Shown piece after piece: positions 37,081 to 49,600 of a DNA stretch of 64,000 nt. The first letter of the stretch is position 1, and the number at the start of each line of letters is the position of its first letter. The position numbers and the translations under genes were made by a program. The DNA is taken from assembly GCA_030390025.1 (NCBI GenBank), contig CM059434.1, positions 112,406,001-112,470,000 on the forward strand. The letters run 5' to 3'. The DNA is from Squalus acanthias. Lineage: Eukaryota. The notes below the pieces were generated by a model. It had not been told where the DNA came from. It saw nothing but the letters and a program-made list of their open reading frames with translations, and did no database searches.

Positions 37081-39159
37081 CATTTACTAAAGGAGATTAC
37101 TGGTACGGAATTTACGAAGTAGCCCTTCCCGATCGCACTAAAATCAACTACATTCCACTTGCATACTTCATACCACATCATGTTAAAAAATAAATGTACT
37201 TTGCAAAAGTTAATTGTCCCAATTTGCACACTGATTTTTTTCCCCCTGAATTCTTAGGTTGCCTATGCCATGCAATTGTGCACTATGTTCAGTCCTTAGC
37301 TTCCCTCTGCCATGCACTGCTCCCAAACCAAAAGAGTGTGCAGCTAATCTACTCCCAGGCTTCGACTACTGTTCAACAAGCTTCCAAGAGGCGCACAACA
37401 GCAGTAACAAATCGACTTCCATCCCGACTTTCCTTCCCTCCAAAAATTGGCTGAGTTTGGGATTAAGCATATGAGGAACTGTGAAGGAGAAATTATATTC
37501 TTCAGCGGCCCCAGTTCCTGTTTGCTTTAACCTTCCAAACAGATCAGCTGCAATTAAAAAACTGCACCAAACTTTGAAGTTTAAAATCTGCAGCAAGAGT
37601 TGGCTTCTTTCCAGTAACTTTCTTTTAAGAAATATGAAGAAATGTTCAAATTGGCAGGCAGAATTTAAGTAAATTAATCAGCCCAAGTTTTTCTTAGTTG
37701 TTCTAAAGAGTACTACAGATAATTCTTTAGACATTTTAATCAACTTGACATTACAGGACTTTTCCTTGAGGCCTTTAAGGGGAGTGGAGCACATTCATTT
37801 GACAATTCCAGTAGTGCAATTTGGACCCAAAATAACTGCAAGCTTGTTTTTATGAGCTACACAGCAGGAATCATTTGGTAATTCCAGTGCTGTGCCTGAT
37901 GGAAGCAAGTTTGCAGCCATTGTTTGAATGTACAAACTGTTGAAACTGGACCCACAACTCTGTATTCTGGGTACGAAAAGAGAAAGTGCTTAAAATACAC
38001 AATTCTCTGTGCATTTGTAAAGCGTAAAAGATGGGTAATGTTTCCGGTATTGACCCTTTGTCTGAACCGTACTGATAGTACTGCAGAGTTCAGCTATCAG
38101 CACATTCTTTGAGCAGGTTACAGGATGGGCGTAAGAAGGCCCTCTTTATAACTTCTGCATACATACCAACCTCAACATGCAACCCCCTTTCCCCAATTCA
38201 CAGATTACTCTAACCCTTCCAGACCTAGCCCAGAGAAAACACTGAACCATATCCAACTCCTCCCTTTCATTGCTGTCCATTTCCTATTCAAGGAAATCTA
38301 TTTCCACACTTACGACCATTAATTTCCTTCCCAGTTGACATCCACTGCTGGCACTTGCTCCTACTTGAGCTAATGGACCAGTCCAAGGTCCCCACTGTTT
38401 CCACTGGCAATAATCCCAGTCTCTGTATGCTGAAGGCAGGAACTCTTACAGAAATTCCCACCTGCAGCTGAGATCACTGCCATTAGTAACAGAGAAGAGA
38501 CAGGTGCCCTAGATCTGTCCATTAGCAGCAAGGAGTGGAGGGGGGGGGGGGAGGGGGGTGGGGGGGGAGAAGTGGAGCAGGGACTTGAGTAGTAGTGGGA
38601 GAGCAGGAGGAAAAATTATTCATCAGTGCATGAACTCTGGAAACAAAAGTAAGAAAGCACCTCAATTTCAGATGGTTTTATTCTAAAAAGTAATGTCAAG
38701 AGACTCTGAGAAATGGGTTCAGTCCAAATGGAAATGGGCCAGGACTAGGGTTAATAACCTAGGTTCTAGTTTAACAAATCCCTGCTTTCTAAAATAGTTA
38801 TGGAACGCTTCATTAAAACCAGGAGATACATTGCACAGTAAGCATAGTCTTCAACACCTCATCACATTGGAGAAAACTGTGGATCCTTGTGTGCTTGTAG
38901 CAGTTGGTGCACTGCAAATGCCAGGCCGAGAATGGAACACCAGAAAGTAGAAAGGAACCAAAAAATATAATCCTGCTTCTAGGGAGGATAATAAAAAAAG
39001 TTACTTACTGTATCATGCATCATCGCTCAAGAATTTTTATATTTAAATATAAAAACTAGAATTTTCTTCAGTGATAGAGAAGGGATAATTCCAATAAGGA
39101 AGCACAGTACAGTAATACAGACAGAAGGTTCATTGGCATTCGAAAGATAAAGGTCTTAC

Positions 39160-39455
39160 AGAAGTGAAGAGAGTCAACCCTGTTCCTAGCAGGCATGATC
39201 GATCTCACAGCACAAAACTGCCTAATGCAGCATCTCATTCAGAGAGGCCACAGAGTCGTGGTGTCAGAAAAAGAAAACGGTCACTATAGTACAGCAGGTA
39301 GGTGGCTCTTCGGAGGTTGGGTCTCAGGGCACTTTGTTGAGCAGAGCATAGGGAGATTTACTGTACAGTTCTAGGAGCGCTCAATATTGACAATGGGTGC
39401 TCAACATGAGAAAAAAAATGTTCCATTCCCCTTCATAAAATTCACTAAACTCGAC
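39160..39455 (+). mobile_element. LF-SINE-related fragment
   Basis: Three colinear blocks resemble the recalled LF-SINE consensus: ctgttcctagcaggc..cacagcacaaaac, atctcattcagagaggcca, and aggtggctcttcggaggttgggtctcagggcactttg. Confidence 0.6.
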
Positions 39456-42069
39456 ATTGAGGACATTGAAGCTGAAGAACTCTCTTGCCTTATGTTAAAA
39501 ATAATTTTAGAAAACGTTTGAACAGAAAAACTGGTTGTAATGATCTGATTCTGACACTCTTGAGCCCCTAAAATTACAGTGAGAGAATTACATAGAATTT
39601 ACAGCACAGAAACTATACCAGTGTTTATGCTCCACACGAGCCTCAATACTCAACATGCTTATCTGAAAATACTCTCTCCGCTACTTTAATGGAGCCAATA
39701 ACCCATTTATTTTACATGGGTAAATGATGTGGCTAAAGTGGCTGTGAGGAATTCAGAGGAGCATGTTAAGCCTCCATACACTGATATCCCACAGCACACT
39801 GTCAAGACCCAAGTGTTTCACTGCATGTTAAAAATGTATTTCTATATCTTGAAGCTTTATACTCATGCACATAAGCAGCCAAAAAGAACCTTCCTGTTAA
39901 CATTGAAAAGGACCCAAACCACCATGGAAAGACTTAAAATAAGTTGCTGGTTGGTCAATACTTGGCTGGTAACTTCAGACAAGACAGACAGGAAGGGATT
40001 GCGATAGTTCTGTTTATCCAAGGGCTCAGATGGTTGGTTGGCAGAAGTCCATCCAAATAAAAATGAAACAATTCTTTCAACAAAAAAAAAAGGGTCAAGT
40101 TCACTGTACAAATAGTGTTTACACATGCACGATCAACTTCTTTTAAAAAAAAATGAAATTCAGATGCAGATTGTTTTTTTAAAAAGGAAGTTTCATAAGT
40201 ATCCAAAAATTTATTTTTAAAGAAGTGACAGTTTAGACTTTTTAGATGCATTAATGAGATGAAGAGACGATCAATAGGGCCATCTTGGATAGTGTACGGT
40301 GAGAAGTTACTTGTCAGTTATTAAATATCTTCCCCCCTCCAGCCTGGCTTTGCATCTGTTACCAAAACAGGCGTTTATATTTAAAACAGCAGAGCACAAC
40401 ATTTTGTTCTGGAGAATGGGATGGCATCTGAATTAATCCCTTCCTCCTCAATCAATTATTGTTAGACTTTTGTTGGTTGTATGGTTATTTTCTACATAAA
40501 ATTGTTCCTTAAACACCAGCTTGAATTCATTGTAGTTAGGACACAAGGCCATTTTGGACTATTGGTCCTGCAGCAATTTCAGGATTTACCAGTTGCAGGT
40601 GAATGGTTAATCAGCATCTCCAAATGCTGATCTGTGAAGCCTCACTCAATTTGAGGGAGATTTTGCTTACGATACTGGGTGTTGATGCAAACTGTACGCT
40701 CCAACTAGCTTCCAGAAAACAGGTTCCTCTTTTATGAATGACGTTTAGTTTCGACACACTAAAGCAACGAGTATGCATGAGCAGTGCTCTCTTCTCCTCT
40801 CCACCATCCCCCATCTTTCAACCTCATGAGATAATAGCCAAATAAAGCAGGTCAAGACCAATGGAGGCATTACAGATGTGTTAGAAAGCTCTCACACCAG
40901 CTAGAAATTATAAAAGGAATATAAACATCAGGAGGGTCACTTCACTTCCACCTCTCCCTCGAGTTTCTGCTGGCAGCAGGGAACCTCATCATTTTCCGAT
41001 ATGTGCTGCTGGTGGGCAAGTTCCAATGCACAAAATTAAATATTTAAATCAAATATTTATCTTCTCATTACTCCATTCCAAATCGACACCAGAAACCCAT
41101 AGAAAGGAAGCGATGAGCAAGCTTGGGCAACAAAGCGGAGTGTCCCATTATACTTCTGCAGTACCATTTTTCTTAAATGGTACAGGCATGATCTTTCTTA
41201 ATGTAACATGCCACTTGATGAGACGGGTCAATTTGGACAGCCAATCAGTTCGGGTTTTAGTTCTGACCTACTGCAAAGTTCAAAGCCGATCTGTAACAAG
41301 TGGAAAAGCTGATCAGAGATTTCCAGTTGTTCAGTGTGATCAGCTCTTGAAAAGTTAATATTCATAATCTGTCTTGAATGTCTGCCCAAACACATACTAG
41401 AATTGCCACAGGCTCCAAAACCCATTCCTGGAACACATGCTCCAATGAAACACAACTTTGTACAAACTTCTGTTCCCCGCCCCCCTCCACAAACCATCAG
41501 ATCTAGAGAAAAAGAGCAAGTAGCTCATAGGTTTCTATTAAACATACTAAAAATACAATGTTTCATAATGGTCATTTACATACTTGAACACACTGACCCT
41601 ACTATTTCTATTTTCTTGTTGACAGAAATTGTTTGCCTGCTCCTGTGCATTGGGAGATTAATGGATCTCCTCTTATACATGGCCATGAGGTACAGTGTCT
41701 GTCCATGTGTAAAGAGAATCAGGAGTTGCTCAGTTTCAACTGCCAGGTATTTGATCAGATCTGGCAAAGAAGTGGGTACCAAAAAAAACAATGATTCTTA
41801 ATGGTCATCATATAATGAAACTCTGACCCTGCCTTAGAGATAGACTAACAAATAGATATGATCGATCAACAAGCCACGCAATATGGACATAGTTCGATAC
41901 CTATATATTGTATGTGCTTACACTTATATTTGCCTTTCCTGTTCTCCCATATGTCAAACCATTTTGAGATCTCAGAGATACATTCTTAGACGCCCCAGAG
42001 ACAAAACTATGCATTTCAAATAATTAGACAATTTAGTTATAGGGCTACTTTATCCAATACTGTATTTTT

Positions 42070-42392
42070 ATTACTCCATCTCCAGCAGGCATTAGCAACA
42101 AAATGGTACCTTAACCGATTGCCATTCTTCATGTACGAGCCCAGGCAGCTTTGGACAGTTGAGCCCAATCTGGAGCAGACCCAACATCCAGACACATTTA
42201 TACCACAAGAGTCAATAGATAGTGACCAAGAACAGGAGTCCTGTCCAAATCTCCTCCCGCTGACCTGGGGGCACCAAAGCCAAATTTAGCACCTCAACTA
42301 CTGCTTCAGCTGAATCAACTAACTCAGAGTGGAGCAGGAATCAACCCTGGGACCTTTCCAGAGAGTGCATTGCCCTCTCGGCCATCAAAGAG
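42070..42392 (-). mobile_element. tRNA-headed SINE, family unassigned
   Basis: Minus-strand A-box-like tggccgagaggg (~42384-73) and B-box-like gggttgattcc (42347-37). The body is shared with 20590-20826. Confidence 0.6.
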
Positions 42393-43208
42393 TTACAGCT
42401 AGGTGCTTGATCAAACTTTTAATCATTCTTCTTTTTCTCAAAAAAGAGACAAATGAAGATATATGCACATGGACTGGTTTAGGATGATTTGGAAACTGAC
42501 AGCAGGTTGGAATATGGAACAAAGAAGATGTTCAATGGTGTTCATAGAATAGAATCATAGAAAGTTACAGCACGGAAGGAGGCCATTTCGGCCCATCGTG
42601 TCCGCGCCAGCCAAAGAGCTATCCAGCCTAATCCCACTTCCCAGCTCTTGGTCCGTAGCCCTGCAGGTTAGAGCATCCCAAGTGCACATCCAAGTACTTT
42701 TTAAATATGGTTAGGGTTCCTGCCTCTACCACCCTTTCAGGCAGTGAGTTCCAGACCCCCACAACCCTCTGGGTGAAGAAATTTCCCCTCAAATCCCCTC
42801 TAAACCTTCCACCAATTACTTTAAATCTGTGCCCCCTGGTTTTTGACCCCTCTGCTAAGGGAAATAGGTCCTTTCTATCCACTTTATCTATGCCCCTCAT
42901 AATTTTATACACCTCGATAAGGTCCCAACTCAGCCTCCTCGGTTCCAAGAAAAACAGACCCAGCCTATCCAGTCTTTCCTCATAGCCAAGATTCTCTACT
43001 CCCGGCAACATCCTTGTAAATCTCCTCTGTACCCTCTCTAGTGCAATCACATCTTTCCTGTAATGTGATGACCAGAACTGCACGCAGTACTCTAGCTGAG
43101 GCCTAACTAGTGTTTTATACAGTTGAAGCATAACCCCCCCCCTGCTCTTGTATTCTATTGTGAGAAGTCGCACAACACCAGGTTATAGTCCAACAGTTTT
43201 ATTTGAAA

Positions 43209-43245
43209 TCACAAGCTTTCGGAGCGCTGCTCCTTCGTCAGGTGA
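43209..43245 (-). ncRNA. Minimal hammerhead ribozyme motif (inverted arm)
   Basis: Reverse complement reads TCAC-CTGACGA-A-GGAGC-agc-GCTCC-GAAA-GCT-T-GTGA. Confidence 0.75.
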
Positions 43246-43655
43246 AGTGAAGAAATGTATATCGGCACAGCATATATAGTCAGAGAACACTGCCAGACGA
43301 GTACAGTTAATCTTTCTAACTGCCCTTTATCACACCTCGGCAGAGATAATCACGGCAATCAAAGGTGTGGATGGTGTCCAAACAGGTCAGTCAGGAAAAC
43401 ATTACATCAAAGACAATGAGGTGGGGTCACAAGGGGTCAAATGTGGCAGATGCTGGGGTCTGTATGGAAAACAAAAAACTTTTTTTGCTGGATATCACAG
43501 CTGGTCCGGCCGCATCGGTGTAGAGAGAACAAGCCAACGACGACTCGAGTCTGGATGACTCTACGTCAGGTGAGGTTACATGTAGCGTGATTAACTGTAA
43601 TCGTCTGGCAGTGTTCTCTGACTATATATGCTGTGCCGATATACATCTCTTCACT

Positions 43656-43692
43656 TCACCTGACGAAGGAGCAGCGCTCCGAAAGCTTGTGA
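43656..43692 (+). ncRNA. Minimal type I hammerhead ribozyme motif
   Basis: TCAC-CTGACGA-A-GGAGC-agc-GCTCC-GAAA-GCT-T-GTGA; stem I TCAC/GTGA covaries with TTAC/GTAA at 23396. Confidence 0.78.
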
Positions 43693-46600
43693 TTTCAAAT
43701 AAAGCTGTTGGACTATAACCTGGTGTTGTGCGATTTCTCACATTTGTTCACCCCAGTCCAACACCGGCATCTCCACATCATGGCTTGTATTCTATGCCAC
43801 GGCTAATAAAGGCAAGCATTCCGTATACCTTCTTAACCACCTTATCTACTTGGCCTGCTACCTTCAGGGATCTGTGGACATGCACTCCAAGGTCCCTTTG
43901 TTCCTCTACACTACTCAGTGTCCTACCATTTAATGTATATTCCCTTTCCTTGTTAGCCCTCCCCAAATGCATTACCTCACACTTCTACGGATTGAATTCC
44001 ATTTGCCACTGTTCTGCCCACCTGACCAATTTATTGATATCTTCCTGCAGTCTACAGCTTCCTTCTTCACTATCAACCACACAGCCGATTTTAGTATCAT
44101 CTGCAAACTTCTTCATCATACCCCCTATATTCAAGTCAAGATCAGTGATATATACCACAAAAAGCAAGGGACCTAGTACTGAGCCCTGCGGAACCCCACT
44201 GGAAACAACCTTCCAGTCACAAAAACACCCATTAACCATTACCCTCTGCTTCCTGTCTCCGAGCCAGTTTTGAATCCAACTTGACACTTTGCCCTGGATC
44301 CCATGGGCTTTTAACTTCGTGACCAGTCTGCCATGTGGGACCTTATCAAAAGTCCATATACACTACATCAAATGCACTACCCTCATCTACCCTCCTCCTT
44401 GTTACCTCCTCAAAAAATTCAATCAAGTTTGTCAGACACAACCTTACCTTAACAAATCTGTGCTGACTATCCTTGATTAATCCGTGTCTTTCTAAAATGA
44501 AGATTTATCCTGTCCTTCAGAATTCTTTCCAATAATTTTCCCCCCACCGAGGTTAGGCTGACTGGCCTATAATTACTCGGTCTATCCTTTTCTCCCTTTT
44601 TAAACAAGGGTACCACATTAGCAGTCCTCCGGCACCACACCTGAAGCCAGAGAGGATTGAAAAATGGTCAGGGCCTCTGCTATTTCCTCTTTTGCTTCGC
44701 TTAACAGCCTGGGATACATTTCATCCGGGCCTGGGGATTTATCCACTTTTAAAGCTGCTAAACCCCTTAATACTTCCTCTCTCACTATGTTTATTTCATC
44801 TAATATTTCACACTCCTCCCCTCTGATAGCAATGTCTGCTTCGCCCCTCTCCTGTGTGAAAACAGATGCAAAGTATTCATTAAGAACCCTACCAACGTTC
44901 ATTGGATACAATACAAACATCCACTTTTACAAAGATATTTAATGGAGTTTTTTTTAAACAATCACTTTTCTTCTTTGAGCAGACAGTGCTTTTGAGTAGC
45001 TCTTCTTGCGCCTGCACGGCCGTGAGCTCAGGACTAGAATAAGTCTGCAATCACTGAACATGTACATCATGCATAGCAAATGTGCAAAGGTCTGTTACTT
45101 TCAATAGGTTTACAACATTACTGCCAGTGCAAAAAATTATGTGGCCAAAGTTTTCTTTTCTCATTCTGAGGGATTCGATCCAAACAAAATGAGGTAAATT
45201 GTTATCACAAAATTAAATGTATGGTCTAGCGCAAATGTTCCATTCTGGAATAATGATGCCCATGAGAAGCATATATAATACAAAAAGAAATGCAACCCTT
45301 GACTTCAGCATGCAGCCACTGGAACATGTTTGGAAAATTATTATAATTTAGTGATTTCCTTCCTTTTTAATGGTTATCGCTCTTTCAGTACAGTTGTGCA
45401 AAATCTAGCTGGCTGACTACAGCCAACGTGCTTGTTCCTTTCACCAACTAGATCTCTAGCAGCAAGCATTTTAAACGTGAGTGACCACTATTACTTTAAA
45501 AAAAATCCTCCCAATAAATGGTGATCTAATATACAAAGCAAAATAATTGACACAATCTGAATAAAGCAGAATGAATCTTTCACTTTTACCAGTGTACAAT
45601 TAGTCTTTGAAAATACTGCCTGTATAAAAATCTAATTCTATTTTTTTCAGTTCCGAGTAGTTTGTAAGAATAGGATTATATACTAGAGAGACCCAGTGCT
45701 TGCTCTCTACAGCTTTGAATGACATAAACATATGCTCATTTTTGTCAGTCACACACACTTCCAAAGTATCTCTCACACACATAGAAAGTATCTGTGAACC
45801 AAATAATCCCAAGTTCTGAAATAAATAAACAGTAGCGTTACTTGAATAATGCAGATTGCCTGCAATACAGATAACAAAACTCAGGCAATGCATTTTTGTA
45901 CTTTGCTCCCCGTTCCTTCCACTCCCGGGTTCAATGTCTGCCACTGCATCCCATACCAAATATGAGCTTCCATTCACTCCACCTTCCGCTTCCAGACCTG
46001 GACTTTCCCTTTTCTGCACTGAGCTGAATTTCAAATAATAACAGCAGTCAACTGAGTGGATGCACTGCAAAATTTGCCAGGTCACAACTCAAGAACGCAA
46101 TACAAGGGTGAAATGTTTTCACGTTGCATCTTCTTTCTTATCTAATGTGAACATATTCATGAAATGTAATTCAAAAGCAAGAGTTCAGAGAAAATGTTGC
46201 AGCTGTCAAATTATACTGTACTGAATCTGTTGGAGCATTCCTCCCCCTACATATTACATTTCGACCACTGCTCTAGAATTGAATTGCAGAGTTTGGCACA
46301 AAATGTAATTTTTTGTTAAATCTTGTAAAATAAAGACCCCGCATCTCAACTCTTCTCGGTGCTCCCATGAACTTCTCACGACCTCAACAAACCCCATCCT
46401 CCCACACTGCACAGCCTCCACTTCGACAACCTATCGCCTCCAAATTCTCCAATACCCCAGCTCTTCAAAGTGTTCTTGCGCCCTTCCCCTCCACTGCAGG
46501 GATGGAACCTCCTATGCGCCACGGGCAGTGCCATAGTTGTATTATTTTTTTTAAAAAGCCACCTCAAAATATAGGACAAGGCATCTTAAAGGATAGTAAA

Positions 46601-49600
46601 ATGGAAGCCTGTACAATAAGTAGTACACTCCAGTATTATCCCAGGACTGGAGACAAAACAAATGGTGCAATTTACCTCCCTCCCAAAGAGTCAGATTTCG
46701 TGTGATGTTTTGTGTTAAAATCTCTTGCGGTAATGTAGATCACTACCTGCAGATGCCTTAAATGCAATAGTGACAGTTGGACAGAAAACACCCACAAGGC
46801 ATTTTTTCTATTCGCCCAACTGAATTCACTAAGTTTCGTCAAACTTGTAAAGAATCTGATACTTTGAGAAAAAACATATGGCTCTACTCAAGAATTCCTA
46901 CATTCCAATCTAGGCTGCTTCATATTATCAAGTCAGTTTTCCAACAAACATAAGCCTGCTCTTCTGAGTATTTCATCACAGTCCTGGACTGTCAAAAATC
47001 TCATTAGAAAGCTGGTTCGCTGCTGTTTGGTTTCAATAGGGATGGGGCATGTTCTCAGAGGTTAGCATTATGAATTGGGTTTCGCTCAGGGCCGTTTTAC
47101 TGCAGCTAATGATCTCCGATCAGTAACTACAGTATCAATTTGTAGCCGCAGTACCTTATTTATACGGCAACTGGGATGGTCAAATCCAAGAGAGAACACT
47201 CTGCATACCTATGCTCCTGGCATTTAAACATAAATCGCGAGTATGGGCTGGACTTTCCGCAATCCCAACACTATTAAATAAAAGTTTTGAAAGTTATCCA
47301 ACTGGCCCAATGAGCCACTTAATATTTTATAAACCAGTTATGACACCACACTGGAGTTATACACCCAACCCAAGTGGTACACAACTGCCTATTCCAGTGG
47401 GCCACGTTGAGAACCAAATTCAGAGCCATACTGCTTTGCAGCAATGCTCAAGTTGCAGTATAAATGCACACTGAGATAGTCAGTCAATCACTTCTGCAGA
47501 ATTTTTAGGCCCGTTATCACTTTTAAATAAAAGTCCAGCAAGATTATTTTGTAAATGAAAGCTACAACTGACCAATTTACTTGGTTCTAACCCAGATTGT
47601 TAAACAGATCAGTATCCCCATGAAGAAAGTATAGAATGTGAAAAGGTCGAATCATTCCATCAAGCCTGCTCCTTCCACAGATCACAAAGAGTCTGCTCTA
47701 CCATGGACCCTTCTCAATCTAGTTCATCTCCTGAAGAAAAAGAGTCTGCAAAGCTACTTGCTCTTCCCCCTCCCTGTAATTTTTAAAGGAGGACTATCAA
47801 GTTAAACTACCTTTCTAATCAGATATTCTACATTATAAATCCTTGGCGGGACAATTCCATGGTCACAGCAGCTCAGGAACATAATGTTCCATCTCTATTT
47901 GTACTTGTACTCCTAATCCTTTGCTTCACCAATCAGCACATTATTAACTGCTTTAGCTGGGTCTATTCATGTAAACCGTACTCAGCAATTTTTTTTTCAG
48001 ATCTTGCTTTAGCTTTGTTAATGTTGTTTAGCTCTGTATTTACTAGCCAAGGTTAATAACCTGTTTACATCTACATTATCCATTTCTCAGTATTTAAGAC
48101 TGGATCATGCCCTCTCTCAATCTTGAGTCTCTCAGTCAGCGTAGTGCGGTGGGACCTTTTATTTAATCGGCCTCTATTTGTGCAACACATACATTCCTAT
48201 AAAAGAGATTCATATTGCTGTTATTTGGAAATACAGCTGACCTCAATTTTGTTAAAAATACAAAGCAATCGCAACATATGCTTACAGTCACTCACATCCA
48301 GTTACTGACTCAGAACTGGAAACTTTGTGACCACAGAAGACTATAAAACTGAGTAGAGACGAGAAGATAACAGAAGGCACTTTCAAGTGCAAAATCAAGT
48401 CTACTGTTCAGCTTACTGCCATTGCACAGTATCATGCAAGTTACTTCAATGTGGTAGAACTATGTAATGATGTTGAACCATTACCACAACTTCACCTCAC
48501 GAAACATAAAAGACTAGTTTGAGCAGAGGATAAAGGTTGGGAAAAATTTCCTCCAGCTTGTGCAGGTTTTGTACTTAATGTGGAGGTCAGTGCGGAGGCC
48601 TGTTAAAACAAAAGGACCGTAAAATGGCAAACCAAGTTCAAGATCCACGACAGAGTGGCATTGACAGGGGTAAGGTAGAGCATCATGAATAAGCAGAGGT
48701 CTGGAAATGTATCGGAGGTTACGGGGACGAGGGACAGGGGGCAGGAGAGATCGAGGAAGATGGCGGAAGGCAGCAACCCAGCAGGTGAGGCTGGGGCCAA
48801 AGTTCGGAAAGAAGAAACCTATTCCCCTCGTACCGGATTTATTCTTTGGTGGTGTGATTTGAACCAAAAGAAGATAAACATAGCATTTTTGGTATTACTG
48901 AGAAACACAGATCCAATCAAAAAGGCCAGATGTCACTTTACAATTCTGCTACCAAGCCATTAACAAAACTCTGCCCTCAGCACCTGATATTGAGATGCAA
49001 AAGCTAGATCATCTCTACAATGATTCAACCACTACAAGAGATGATGTTCACACCAGAGAATGTCAGCCCAACAAATGGATATGCAAAGCACAAGTCACTT
49101 TGACGTCCATCTGCACCAGTAGTACCCTTTAATATTTTCCACATCCCAATAAACCCTCAAAAGTGTAAGGAAACATAATACTGAATAATACACAGGCTGT
49201 TTACTCATTAAATGTTTTTCCTACCCACCGTCAAAACATAAATACAGTTTCCGCTACATTTCAACTTCTTCCATTGTAGTCTATTATGGAGAAGCTCCTC
49301 TTGCACCAGTACATGGCAGAAAAAGCTCCAATCAACAAGAACAGTTTAAGCACACCATACCCAAAGTAGCAGTAGTGCTGATCCTAAAATGCAGACAAAC
49401 TGTGGCAGGATTTCATTTACTTATATAAAAGGAGAGAGAATCCAACACATTTAGCTTTCTGTTGTTCACTATAGTAAGCACGCAACTTACAAATCTGAAG
49501 CAGAAGATTGGACATGAGCAGCAACAGTCGTGGATTTTTCAATCAGAAATGCTAATTATTAAATATTGCTTTGATGTGAGTAGCTTCTACTGTGCCTCGT

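Larger units (their letters stand above)
43159..43783 (+). mobile_element. Penelope pLTR fold-back element (same termini as the 21951 element)
   Basis: Inverted segment 43159-43590 ends at the ORF end (reverse complement tcacgctacatgtaa = SRYM*); direct segment 43589-43783; 12-bp TSD cttgtattctat (43147-58 and 43784-95). Confidence 0.92.
42543..44897 (-). mobile_element. CR1 LINE, 5'-truncated, split by a Penelope insertion
   Basis: Minus ORFs give LNEYFASVFT, KSPGPDEMYPRLL, GVPQGSVLGPLLF, KFADDTKIG and RPQLEYCVQFWS; (CTATT)-type tail at 42543. Confidence 0.95.

Noticed and set aside
38539-38568. Poly-G tracts (also ~16486, ~20530, ~53023) as functional G-quadruplexes
   Set aside because: Simple homopolymers, several inside repeats, with lengths prone to sequencing error; no evidence of function.
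39125-39290. Plus-strand ORF ending in a basic RKRKR motif
   Set aside because: Overlaps the LF-SINE-like relic and lacks a start codon or a good splice acceptor.
45600-46085. 161-aa minus-strand ORF
   Set aside because: Non-ATG start, no recognisable domain, low-complexity AT-rich composition; compatible with chance.
48757-48790. AAGATGGCG start context with a downstream donor as a first exon
   Set aside because: No CpG island or promoter context and no identifiable downstream plus-strand exons.
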